A DNA stretch of 43,894 nucleotides, from positions 1 to 43,894 of the forward strand of contig JBIKKU010000002.1 in assembly GCA_044360245.1 (NCBI GenBank), written 5' to 3'. The stretch comes from Flavobacteriales bacterium. GTDB lineage: Bacteria; Bacteroidota; Bacteroidia; Flavobacteriales_D; UBA2798. Shown here piece by piece: positions 18,843-27,451 of this stretch. A program made the translations under genes and the position numbers. The notes below the pieces were generated by a model that made no database searches, was not told the DNA's origin, and saw nothing but the letters and a program-made list of their open reading frames with translations. Position 1 is the first letter of the stretch, and each line of letters opens with the position of its first letter.

Positions 18843-19238
18843 TTAGTTTACTTTAAAGTAAGTTTTGTCGCCATCAGAATCTTTCACCCACAATTCATCC
18901 ATTGTTAGACGAAGAATGGTTACAGTACTTGTAATCCCGGCAACAACAGTAGAAATGGTTTCTTTTCCGCTACCAAATTCCCAAGTACCGGTTACTGACG
19001 CGCCACCACTAGATAAAGTTAGGGTGCCATCTTTTTCGTAGGTCCAAGTGGCTTCGTTTGCTCCTGCATTGTATTCAATACCGGATGATAGGATGTACTT
19101 CTCAGGAGCCCAAGTTTGACAAAGGCGTGCTTTTTTAGAACGCACGGAAAAGCTTCCGTCTTCATACTTAGAGCAAGAGCTCAGGGTAAGGGTCATCATG
19201 GCGATAGCAATCAGACCAAATCCAAAGATTTTTTTCAT
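18843..19238 (-). CDS. Small lipoprotein, lipocalin-like
   Basis: Lipobox LTLSSC. The mature part is beta-rich (WTYEKDGTLTL...GTWEF...LRLTMDELWV). Confidence 0.65.
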   Translation of the reverse strand: MKKIFGFGLIAIAMMTLTLSSCSKYEDGSFSVRSKKARLCQTWAPEKYILSSGIEYNAGANEATWTYEKDGTLTLSSGGASVTGTWEFGSGKETISTVVAGITSTVTILRLTMDELWVKDSDGDKTYFKVN

Positions 19239-19395
19239 AGGTTTTTTGTTTTTTTTAGATCGACCAAATTAAACAAATTCCATGCCTAAATAGCCTTATA
19301 GAAGAGAAAAATAGCGGTTTGCAATAGATTTTGTGACTGAATCGGTTCAGTTTGATTGGATTTCATGCATTCGCTTTTGCACTTAACTTTGTGTT

Positions 19396-20181
19396 ATGTT
19401 TATCGACACCCATGCGCACCTTTATGCCGAAGAATTTGATCAGGACCGCGAGGCCATGTTGCAGCGCGCAAGAACATCTGGACTAAGTCATTTGTTTTTG
19501 CCCAACATCGATCGCGATTCCATCGAACCCATGCACCGCCTCTGTGATGCCCATGCCGATTGGTGTTTCCCCATGATGGGACTGCATCCTTGTTCGGTAA
19601 ATGCATCGGTCGAAGAAGAGTTGGCCATTTGCAAACAATGGCTGGATCAACGTAAATACGTGGCCATTGGTGAAATCGGCATCGACTTGTATTGGGACAA
19701 AACCTTTTTTGCCGAGCAGCAATATGCTTTCAGAACCCAGATTCAATGGGCCAAAGAAAGAAGTTTACCCATTGTCATTCACGCCCGCGATTCATTTTCC
19801 GAATTATTTGAAATCGTGGATGAACTTAACGATGAGCGACTAAAAGGAATTTTCCATTGCTTTACAGGCGATGAAAGTCAGGCTAAGCACATCCTCAATT
19901 ATGGTGGTTTTCTGTTGGGAATTGGAGGTGTAGTCACCTTTAAATCATCAACATTACCTCAGGTTTTAAAGCATGTTCCTTTGGAAAAACTCGTGCTTGA
20001 AACCGATTCGCCTTATTTGGCGCCCGTTCCGCATCGTGGCAAAAGAAATGAACCATCGTACCTCACGGCAATGGCTTCAAAACTTTCCGAAATCTACGAG
20101 CGACCCATCAAAGACATTGCAGAAATCACCTCTTCCAATGCCTTGCGCATGTTTGGTTTGCCATTAAATTTGCAGGCATGA
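19396..20181 (+). CDS. tatD: TatD-family metal-dependent hydrolase
   Basis: FIDTHAHL start, EIGIDLYW, VIHARD, ETDSPYL. Confidence 0.9.
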   Translation: MFIDTHAHLYAEEFDQDREAMLQRARTSGLSHLFLPNIDRDSIEPMHRLCDAHADWCFPMMGLHPCSVNASVEEELAICKQWLDQRKYVAIGEIGIDLYWDKTFFAEQQYAFRTQIQWAKERSLPIVIHARDSFSELFEIVDELNDERLKGIFHCFTGDESQAKHILNYGGFLLGIGGVVTFKSSTLPQVLKHVPLEKLVLETDSPYLAPVPHRGKRNEPSYLTAMASKLSEIYERPIKDIAEITSSNALRMFGLPLNLQA

Positions 20182-21215
20182 AAGCAGCACGGATTCTTCT
20201 CATCTACACAGGCGGAACCATTGGCATGATGGAAGATCCGGAAACGGGACAACTACGTCCCTTTAATTTCGAGCACTTGTCTGCACAGGTTCCTGAATTG
20301 AAAAAATTCCCCATCGAGTTGGTCGGCCACTCCTTCGAAAAACCAATAGATTCCAGCGATATGCGACCGGAAATCTGGGTTAAACTCGCCGGATTGATTG
20401 CTGCACAAATGGATGCCTATGATGGATTTGTTGTCCTGCACGGCTCCGATACTATGGCCTTTACGGCATCTGCATTGAGTTTTATGCTCGATAACCTTGC
20501 AAAACCGGTTATTTTAACCGGATCTCAATTGCCCATTGGAACCATTCGCACCGATGGCAAAGAAAATTTGCTCACCGCTATTGAAATCGCCGCCGCAAAA
20601 AATGAAAAGGGACAACCCATGGTTCCCGAAGTTGCGGTGTATTTCGAGTATCGCTTGCTGCGCGGGAACCGCACGAGTAAAGTTAGCGCCAATCATTTCA
20701 ATGCCTTCTCCTCCGGAAATTACCCGATGCTCGCAGAAGCTGGGATAAAAATCGATTACGACTTGGCTGCTATTCGTCCATTGCCTCGGGAAGCCTTCCA
20801 TTTACGTACCGAACTAAACACCAATATCGCTTTGCTGAAATTGTTCCCCGGTATTGGAAAACCTTTTGTGGATGCTGTATTAGGCATGCCCGACCTCAAA
20901 GGGGTGATATTGGAAACTTTTGGTTCAGGAAACGCTACCACCGAAAGCTGGTTCATTGATGCACTGGAAAAAGCAATTCAGCGAGGAGTTGTAGTGCTGA
21001 ACATTACCCAATGTTTTAGCGGCAGCGTCGTTCAAGGAAAATACGAAACCAGTTCAGCCTTTAACCGCATTGGGGTTTTGTCGGGGCACGATATGACCAC
21101 TGAGGCTGCGGTTACCAAAATGATGGCCGTACTTGGAAGACATAGTGATTTTGCTGAAATCCGTAAGGCTTTGGCGATTAGTTTGAGCGGAGAGGTGACC
21201 GTTCCCGCAGAATAA
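20178..21215 (+). CDS. ansA: Type I L-asparaginase
   Basis: LLIYTGGTIGM (TGGTI), HGSDTM, ILTGSQLP. ATGA overlap with tatD. Confidence 0.9.
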   Translation: MKAARILLIYTGGTIGMMEDPETGQLRPFNFEHLSAQVPELKKFPIELVGHSFEKPIDSSDMRPEIWVKLAGLIAAQMDAYDGFVVLHGSDTMAFTASALSFMLDNLAKPVILTGSQLPIGTIRTDGKENLLTAIEIAAAKNEKGQPMVPEVAVYFEYRLLRGNRTSKVSANHFNAFSSGNYPMLAEAGIKIDYDLAAIRPLPREAFHLRTELNTNIALLKLFPGIGKPFVDAVLGMPDLKGVILETFGSGNATTESWFIDALEKAIQRGVVVLNITQCFSGSVVQGKYETSSAFNRIGVLSGHDMTTEAAVTKMMAVLGRHSDFAEIRKALAISLSGEVTVPAE

Positions 21216-21360
21216 TGCTCCTTTAATCCAAAAAACATTTTCAACACCCCTGATTATCTGCCGGAATCCCGCAAACATTAATATTTAAGTAATCTTCCTT
21301 TTTTGTTTGTCTGAGTTATTTTTTTGTAATTTGCCGACCTGTTTTGAAAAAAGCGGAACA

Positions 21361-21448
21361 GGAGAGATGTCCGAGTGGTCGAAGGAGCACGCCTGGAAAG
21401 TGTGTATACTCCAAAAGGGTATCGAGGGTTCGAATCCCTCTCTCTCCG
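21361..21448 (+). tRNA. tRNA-Ser (anticodon GGA), class II with a long variable arm; CCA not encoded
   Basis: Acceptor stem GGAGAGA/TCTCTCC. Anticodon stem CACGC/GTGTG with loop CT-GGA-AA. Long variable arm. T-arm GAGGG-TTCGAAT-CCCTC. Confidence 0.9.
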
Positions 21449-21608
21449 CAAGAAGGTATGGAAACTTCGGTTTTCATGCATCTGAAAAGGAGCAACGTAA
21501 GTCCGTTTCTAACCATGAACCGACCGTTGCTTCAGATTCAGGACAAGTTTAACATTGTAAACACTAAAAACTAGGCATACAAGTTCTCTTAATTAATCGG
21601 ATAAAAAC

Positions 21609-22439
21609 ATGAAAAAGATCCTTTCACTGATTGCCCTTTCGGGTGTTCTCCTTTTCGGAGCTCAAAACCTGTCCATGGCTCAAGGCACCGACACTGCCTC
21701 TGCTGTTGCTGATTCTACTGAAACAACAACTGTTGTTGAAGAAGAAAAACAAGTTCCTGCAAAACCGGAAACGGACACTGCTTCCGCTAAGGCTACAGTT
21801 TCTCTTCACCAAACCCTTAAAGAAAAATTCATTGAAGGTGACCCAATCTGGATGGCTCCCGTATTGATCTGTTTGATCCTCGGTCTTGCTATCGTTATTG
21901 AGCGTGTAGTTTATTTGAATATGGCTACTACCAACTCTGAGAAGCTTCTTGCAAAAGTTGAAGCTGCACTTCAGTCAGGTGGTGTTGAAGCTGCTAAAGA
22001 AGTTTGCCGCAATACCCGCGGTCCGGTTGCTTCTATTTTCTACCAAGCATTGCTTCGCGTGGAAGAAGGTCCGGACAACGTAGAAAAAGCGATCGTTGGT
22101 TACGGTGGAGTTCAAGCCGGTCAGCTCGAATCAGGTCTTACCTGGATCTCTCTCTTTATCGCTCTTGCTCCGATGCTCGGATTCCTTGGAACTGTAATCG
22201 GTATGATTCAGGCCTTCGATATGATTGCTATTGCAAAAAACATTTCTCCTGATATCGTAGCGAGTGGTATTAAAGTGGCACTCTTGACAACCGTAGCAGG
22301 TTTGATCGTTGCGATGATCCTCCAGTTGTTCTACAACTATCTTCTTTCAAAAATCGACTCCATCGTGAACGATATGGAAAATGCTTCCATCTCTATCATG
22401 GACGTTCTTTTGAAGCACAAAGTATTTGGTTCTAACTAA
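21609..22439 (+). CDS. exbB: MotA/TolQ/ExbB proton-channel protein with a signal peptide and a low-complexity N-terminal extension
   Basis: Three TM segments. The C-terminal LGFLGTVIGMIQAF...ALLTTVAGL motif is typical of ExbB/TolQ. Confidence 0.9.
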   Translation: MKKILSLIALSGVLLFGAQNLSMAQGTDTASAVADSTETTTVVEEEKQVPAKPETDTASAKATVSLHQTLKEKFIEGDPIWMAPVLICLILGLAIVIERVVYLNMATTNSEKLLAKVEAALQSGGVEAAKEVCRNTRGPVASIFYQALLRVEEGPDNVEKAIVGYGGVQAGQLESGLTWISLFIALAPMLGFLGTVIGMIQAFDMIAIAKNISPDIVASGIKVALLTTVAGLIVAMILQLFYNYLLSKIDSIVNDMENASISIMDVLLKHKVFGSN

Positions 22440-22460
22440 TCAATTCAATACTGAATTGTT

Positions 22461-23060
22461 ATGAGTGAAAATTTAGTAAAACAAATTTCCGGCGGACTGA
22501 GAATCGTGCTCATGATTTTGGGTGTGGTTTTCGGAGTCATGATCATCATGAATGGTGGTTATGCCAAGCCGCTCGAGCCAAAAGATTTGGCAGTTCCTGA
22601 AGGAACCATCGAAGAGAACATCACGGCGTTTGAAAAAATTGCCGGTGAAACCAAAGACGAAGAAGCTAAGAAAGAAGTTGAGGAAAAGATTGAGTACCTG
22701 AAAGGGACCATCAGCCTCAATTCCAAAGTAAGTTCTGCATTGAACATTACGTATTGGATTCTTTTGCTCGCATTTGGATTCACAGTTGTATTCGCGGTAG
22801 CCTTGCTTGCATTAAACCTCAAGTCAAATTTGGGCGCCCTTGCCGGGATGGCTGTATTTGCCGTGATCTGTTTAATCTCTTATTCAATGGCCAAAGGTGA
22901 TGTTCCTGATTCATGGGCTTACAAAAACCCTGATTTTTTCAACGCAGGAACTTCCTTCTGGACAGATGCAGCTCTGAACCTCATGTACATCACAGGTCTA
23001 CTTTCTGTGATTGGTATTGTTGGCGGAGTTATCTGGAGTACGATCAAGCGTTATGCTTAA
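22461..23060 (+). CDS. Hypothetical 4-TM membrane protein embedded in the exbB-exbD cluster
   Basis: One N-terminal TM, an acidic ~70-aa loop, then three TM segments. It lies 21 nt after exbB and 12 nt before exbD. Confidence 0.7.
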   Translation: MSENLVKQISGGLRIVLMILGVVFGVMIIMNGGYAKPLEPKDLAVPEGTIEENITAFEKIAGETKDEEAKKEVEEKIEYLKGTISLNSKVSSALNITYWILLLAFGFTVVFAVALLALNLKSNLGALAGMAVFAVICLISYSMAKGDVPDSWAYKNPDFFNAGTSFWTDAALNLMYITGLLSVIGIVGGVIWSTIKRYA

Positions 23061-23072
23061 AACTAGTTTGCT

Positions 23073-23798
23073 ATGGCAAGAAAATTAGAAGAAATCAACG
23101 CAGGTTCCATGGCGGATATCGCCTTCCTGTTGCTCATCTTCTTCCTGGTGACCACCACTATGGATTCGGATGAGGGTATCGTGCGTATCCTTCCGCAGGC
23201 CACTCCGCCGGATTGGGTGCCTCCACCGATTGAGATTCATGAACGTGATGTTTTTGAAATCAATGTAAATGCACAGAACTTACTACTTGTAGAAGGTGAG
23301 TATATTTACATGGACCAATTGGAAGACCTGACCTACGATTTCTTGACCAATTATAACAACAAGGCTAATTTGCCTCAAATGATTGAGGTTGACCAGGCTT
23401 TTTGTAATAATAAAATCTCAGAAATTAGAAACAACTTAGCTACCACCCCTAATCTTGATGAAACGACGGAAAAGTTTTACGAAAGTGAAATCAAGTATTG
23501 GGAGTCTAAAAAGGAAGCGGTGAATGTTGCCGGAAAATTCAGGACCTTGCCTAAAATGGCAGTAATCTCCCTGCGTAACGACAATGGGACATCTTACGAC
23601 ACTTATGTGCAGGTTCAAGACTGTATTCAGTCTGCCATCAATCGTTTGCGTAACGAGTGGTGCCGAAAGATTTACGGAAAAGACTTTACCGATTTGCGCG
23701 AAGACATTTCTGATGATCAAGAGAAAATAAAAATTATTCGTGCCATTGTTCCTCAAAACATCATTGAGCGTCAACCGAAAAATCTTGGTCGCTATTAA
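23073..23798 (+). CDS. exbD: ExbD/TolR-family protein, long form (241 aa)
   Basis: N-terminus INAGSMADIAFLLLIFFLVTTTM is typical of ExbD. The periplasmic part is extended. Confidence 0.85.
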   Translation: MARKLEEINAGSMADIAFLLLIFFLVTTTMDSDEGIVRILPQATPPDWVPPPIEIHERDVFEINVNAQNLLLVEGEYIYMDQLEDLTYDFLTNYNNKANLPQMIEVDQAFCNNKISEIRNNLATTPNLDETTEKFYESEIKYWESKKEAVNVAGKFRTLPKMAVISLRNDNGTSYDTYVQVQDCIQSAINRLRNEWCRKIYGKDFTDLREDISDDQEKIKIIRAIVPQNIIERQPKNLGRY

Positions 23799-23815
23799 TT
23801 TTAAGTACTAGCATT

Positions 23816-24286
23816 ATGTCAAAATTTAAAAAAGATAGTGGTGGTTCAGCACCTGCGATTTCAACCGCATCTTTACCCGATATCGTGTTCATGCTTTTGT
23901 TCTTCTTCATGGTGACTACCGTTATGAAAGAACAGGACATTATTGTTGATGTTTCTAAGCCGGAAGCGTCTGCCATTACCAAATTGCAGAACAAATCATT
24001 GGTGGACAATATCTACATTGGTGTTCCTATGAATGCGCCTGCAGGATCATCACCACGTATCCAAACCGATGACCAACTCTTAAACAGTGCGGTTCAGGTG
24101 CAGGATTTTATCAAGAAAAAGCGTCCGCAAAGAGACCCTGAAGACCTTGATAAGGTGGTAACTTCACTCAAGGTGGATAAAGAGACACCAATGGGTATCG
24201 TTACTGCAGTTAAGCAGGAGTTGCGTAATGTTGATGCACTTAAAATCAACTATTCCGCAGTTGCCAAAAGTAAAAAGACAAAATAA
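23816..24286 (+). CDS. exbD: ExbD/TolR-family protein, short form (156 aa)
   Basis: LPDIVFMLLFFFMVTT anchor and an ExbD-like periplasmic domain. Confidence 0.85.
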   Translation: MSKFKKDSGGSAPAISTASLPDIVFMLLFFFMVTTVMKEQDIIVDVSKPEASAITKLQNKSLVDNIYIGVPMNAPAGSSPRIQTDDQLLNSAVQVQDFIKKKRPQRDPEDLDKVVTSLKVDKETPMGIVTAVKQELRNVDALKINYSAVAKSKKTK

Positions 24287-24292
24287 TCAGAT

Positions 24293-25189
24293 TCAGTTAC
24301 TGAATCCCTTTTTTCCGATTAAGAACATGGATCCCGCAAGGATGAGGAAACTCAACACCAGCGGGATTGCTGTTTCTATGGAGCTTCCAAATGAATTCCA
24401 TCCTGCATCCAGCCATCCATGGTGCGTGCCGAAAAGAAGAAGCACAGCCAAGGCATTGTTGAGAAAATGCAAAAGGATATTGGACCAAATACTTCCTGTC
24501 CACCACATCACATAACCTAATAGTGCGCCCAACAGAAACCTGGGTATGAAGCCCGACATTTCCATGTGCATGTAACTGAAAATGGCAGCAGAGATCCAAA
24601 TGGCGAGATGACGGTTACGAAAAGCTTCGGCAAAAACACTTTGCAAAGCTCCTCTGAAAAGCAATTCTTCGCAAACGGCAGGCAAAACGGCAAGAATAAA
24701 AATCATGATAAGAAAATCCATCCCGCTCCATGCACCCATCATGGTGTTTACGATACCTGCATTCCGAATATTTTGTTCTGACCAGGATTGAATGGTATCC
24801 GGATTTGAGGCCATTGAAGCATTGATTTCTTTAAAAAAATTTACCGGTGCTTGCATGGAAAGCGCCATAACAACGAGCAAACCGATTTGAAGTAGCGTGT
24901 TTTTTTTAAGGGGTAAATTGTTTTTGATATCCCCCTTGGTAAGGTAAATAAACAAAAGCGCAGGAATAGCCCAGAATCCGATTTGTTGGATGACGGTGGC
25001 AATTCGTGCCGCGTTGATGTAATTCGTTTCACCGGATTTACTCAGGATAAAGGGATCTTCCATCATGTCGATACCCCATAAAGCTTTCAATAAGCCTGCG
25101 GTAATTGCTGCAATCAAAACCATGAATACAGCCAAAATGACCATAAGCACCACAACCTTGTATGAAGGATTCAATTCCTTGAGTCGCAT
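24293..25189 (-). CDS. CPBP-family intramembrane glutamic protease (CAAX-protease-like)
   Basis: EELLFRG motif plus FSYMH and LLHFLNN His motifs. Multi-TM. Start taken at MRLKELNP. Confidence 0.85.
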   Translation of the reverse strand: MRLKELNPSYKVVVLMVILAVFMVLIAAITAGLLKALWGIDMMEDPFILSKSGETNYINAARIATVIQQIGFWAIPALLFIYLTKGDIKNNLPLKKNTLLQIGLLVVMALSMQAPVNFFKEINASMASNPDTIQSWSEQNIRNAGIVNTMMGAWSGMDFLIMIFILAVLPAVCEELLFRGALQSVFAEAFRNRHLAIWISAAIFSYMHMEMSGFIPRFLLGALLGYVMWWTGSIWSNILLHFLNNALAVLLLFGTHHGWLDAGWNSFGSSIETAIPLVLSFLILAGSMFLIGKKGFSN

Positions 25190-25200
25190 ATTTCCTACCT

Positions 25201-26190
25201 TTGTATTTCGTGGTAAAGATAGCCAATATCGAATTGGGAGAATTCCCGCTTTTGCTTGCGCCAATGGAAGACGTAAGCGATCCTCCGTTTCGTGCTTTGT
25301 GTAAGCAACACGGAGCCGATTTGATGTATACCGAATTTATTTCTTCCGAAGGTTTGATTCGTGATGCATGGAAAAGCCGCAAGAAGTTGGATATTTTCGA
25401 ATACGAGCGGCCAATCGGAATACAAATTTTTGGAGGCGAAGAATCCAGCATGGTGCAGGCTGCACAAATTTGTGAAGGAGCCAATCCCGATTTAATTGAC
25501 ATCAATTATGGATGTCCGGTAAAGAAGGTGGTTTGCAAAGATGCAGGTGCCGGAATACTGCAAAACATCCCGAAAATGATTCGCCTAACCGAGGCTGTTG
25601 TAAAAGCCGTAAATAAGCCGGTTACCGTAAAAACACGATTGGGTTGGGACGATAATTCCAAAAACATCCTTGAAGTGGCAGAACGCTTGCAGGATGTTGG
25701 TATTAAAGCATTGAGCATACATGGTCGCACCAGAAGCCAGATGTACAAAGGAGAAGCCGATTGGACTTTAATCGGAGAAGTGAAAAACAATCCTCGTATT
25801 CAGATCCCGATTTTTGGAAATGGTGATGTGGATTCCCCCGAAAAGGCGCTTGAAATGAAGCACAAATATGGTGTTGACGGTATCATGATTGGTCGTGCCA
25901 GTATTGGTTATCCATGGATTTTTCGTGAAGTAAAACATTACCTCAAAACAGGAGAAATGCTTGCGGCTCCAACCATGCAGGAACGAGTTGAAGCGGCGAG
26001 GGAACATCTTAGTTTGTCGCTCAAATGGAAAGGTCCGCGCGAAGGTGTGGTGGAAATGCGTCGTCATTATGCCAATTATTTCCGCAACATTCCGCATTTC
26101 AAAGAATACCGTCATAAGTTGGTTACCTTACTTCAGCCCGACGAAATCATGCTGGTGCTCGATGAAATTGCCGGATTGCAATTCGCTTGA
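25201..26190 (+). CDS. dusB: tRNA-dihydrouridine synthase (DusB-like)
   Basis: LLLAPMEDVSDPPFR, INYGCP, IHGRT. The start is uncertain: TTG at 25201 or GTG at 25210. Confidence 0.9.
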   Translation: MYFVVKIANIELGEFPLLLAPMEDVSDPPFRALCKQHGADLMYTEFISSEGLIRDAWKSRKKLDIFEYERPIGIQIFGGEESSMVQAAQICEGANPDLIDINYGCPVKKVVCKDAGAGILQNIPKMIRLTEAVVKAVNKPVTVKTRLGWDDNSKNILEVAERLQDVGIKALSIHGRTRSQMYKGEADWTLIGEVKNNPRIQIPIFGNGDVDSPEKALEMKHKYGVDGIMIGRASIGYPWIFREVKHYLKTGEMLAAPTMQERVEAAREHLSLSLKWKGPREGVVEMRRHYANYFRNIPHFKEYRHKLVTLLQPDEIMLVLDEIAGLQFA

Positions 26191-26204
26191 TTTCTTTGCC
26201 CGCT

Positions 26205-26238
26205 TTTGAGTTTGGTGCATTTCCTTTTTCTAATTTTG
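26205..26238 (+). promoter_or_regulatory. Candidate Bacteroidota-type promoter for rbfA (TTTG -33-like, TAATTTTG -7-like)
   Basis: taattttg at 26231-26238 fits TAnnTTTG. TTTG occurs at 26205-26208 and 26211-26214. The box ends 8 nt before the ATG, which implies a very short leader. Confidence 0.35.
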
Positions 26239-26245
26239 TAGTCTC

Positions 26246-26584
26246 ATGTCCAGCATACGCCAGCAAAAAGTTTCTGCGCTTCTTCAAAAGGAACTCGGAA
26301 CATTCTTCCAAAGGGAAAGTCATACGTACTTCGGAGGAGCAATGATTACGGTGACTATCGTCCGCGTATCGCCCGACTTTGCTTTAGCGAAAGCGTATTT
26401 GAGCATTTACGGCGGACCTGATCGTCATGAGGTGTTCAATTTCATTTGTTCTCAGGCAAAAGAGATTCGCTATAAAGTGGGTCATTCCATTGGTAAACAA
26501 ATGCGCATTGTTCCGGAGTTTGCATTCTACCTGGATGATTCTTTGGATTATGCAGAAGGGATAGATAAGTTGTTGAAGAAATAA
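26246..26584 (+). CDS. rbfA: Ribosome-binding factor A
   Basis: RQQKVSALLQKEL...VTIVRVSPDF..AK.Y pattern, 112 aa. Confidence 0.9.
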   Translation: MSSIRQQKVSALLQKELGTFFQRESHTYFGGAMITVTIVRVSPDFALAKAYLSIYGGPDRHEVFNFICSQAKEIRYKVGHSIGKQMRIVPEFAFYLDDSLDYAEGIDKLLKK

Positions 26585-26586
26585 TC

Positions 26587-27441
26587 ATGGACTACGACCC
26601 CATAAAGGATTCGCTTAGCAGTGTTTTTAATAAGGAACCTTTCCTCAGGAAAATGTTTTATTTCTTGTTGGACCTTATGTTGTTGCGCACTTGGCACATT
26701 CACCGTGAATTGCGGAAATGGAGAAAAACAGCACCTGCGCAAGTACATATTCTTGATGCAGGAACCGGATTCGGTCAATACTCTTGGTTTTTGCATAAAA
26801 TGAACCCGGCCTGGAACATTTTAGGTTTGGATGTAAAACGCGATTATGTCGCAGAGAACAATCAGTTTTTTCGCGGACAAGGTGCTTCCAATGTGTATTT
26901 CCGCACAGAAGATTTAGTGCAGTACCATCAGTCGGCTTCTTTCGATTTGGTGCTTTCGGTAGATGTGATGGAACATATTGAAGAAGATCGTAAAGTCTTT
27001 TCCAATTTTTTCAATTCCCTGCGTGAAGGTGGAGTGTTATTAATCAGCACGCCATCCGACAAAGGGGGGTCGGGTGTGAAAAAGAAAGGTGATCAATCCT
27101 TTATTGGCGAGCATGTGCGTGATGGTTACAATGCAGCGGAAATCAAAGAAAAACTTAAGACTGCAGGATTTTGCAAGGTAAAAGTGCATTATTCGTATGG
27201 TATCCCCGGAAAACTTGCATGGAAAATGGCAATGAAGTGGCCAATGAAGATGATGGAAGCTACTATGGCATCCGTTATTATTCTTCCCTTTTATTACCTT
27301 CTTTTTATGGTTCCTATTCTGGTTTTGCATTATATGGATACCTACACCCCGCACCGTTCGGGCACCGGACTTATTGTGAAGGCTGAAAAGCACAGCAACA
27401 AATCCTGCGAAGAGGTGGAAAAGTCCTGTCGCGTATGCTGA
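26587..27441 (+). CDS. Class I SAM-dependent methyltransferase with a hydrophobic C-terminal tail
   Basis: Motif I ILDAGTGFGQY. Acidic post-I LGLDV, VLSVDVMEHI. C-terminal TM-like stretch IILPFYYLLFMVPILVL. Confidence 0.8.
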   Translation: MDYDPIKDSLSSVFNKEPFLRKMFYFLLDLMLLRTWHIHRELRKWRKTAPAQVHILDAGTGFGQYSWFLHKMNPAWNILGLDVKRDYVAENNQFFRGQGASNVYFRTEDLVQYHQSASFDLVLSVDVMEHIEEDRKVFSNFFNSLREGGVLLISTPSDKGGSGVKKKGDQSFIGEHVRDGYNAAEIKEKLKTAGFCKVKVHYSYGIPGKLAWKMAMKWPMKMMEATMASVIILPFYYLLFMVPILVLHYMDTYTPHRSGTGLIVKAEKHSNKSCEEVEKSCRVC

Positions 27442-27451
27442 TTTAGGCTAA

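Noticed and set aside
21216-21608. tRNA-Ser as a possible integration site for a genomic island.
   Set aside because: There is no integrase, no excisionase, and no direct repeat of the tRNA 3' end that I could see. The downstream genes (exbB/exbD) are core-type with unremarkable composition.
24290-24306. The palindrome gattcagt-t-actgaatc at the junction of the convergent exbD and CPBP genes, considered as a bidirectional terminator.
   Set aside because: A one-nt loop makes the full stem sterically impossible. There are no flanking T or A tracts, and it lies within the CPBP coding end. It is not convincing as a terminator.
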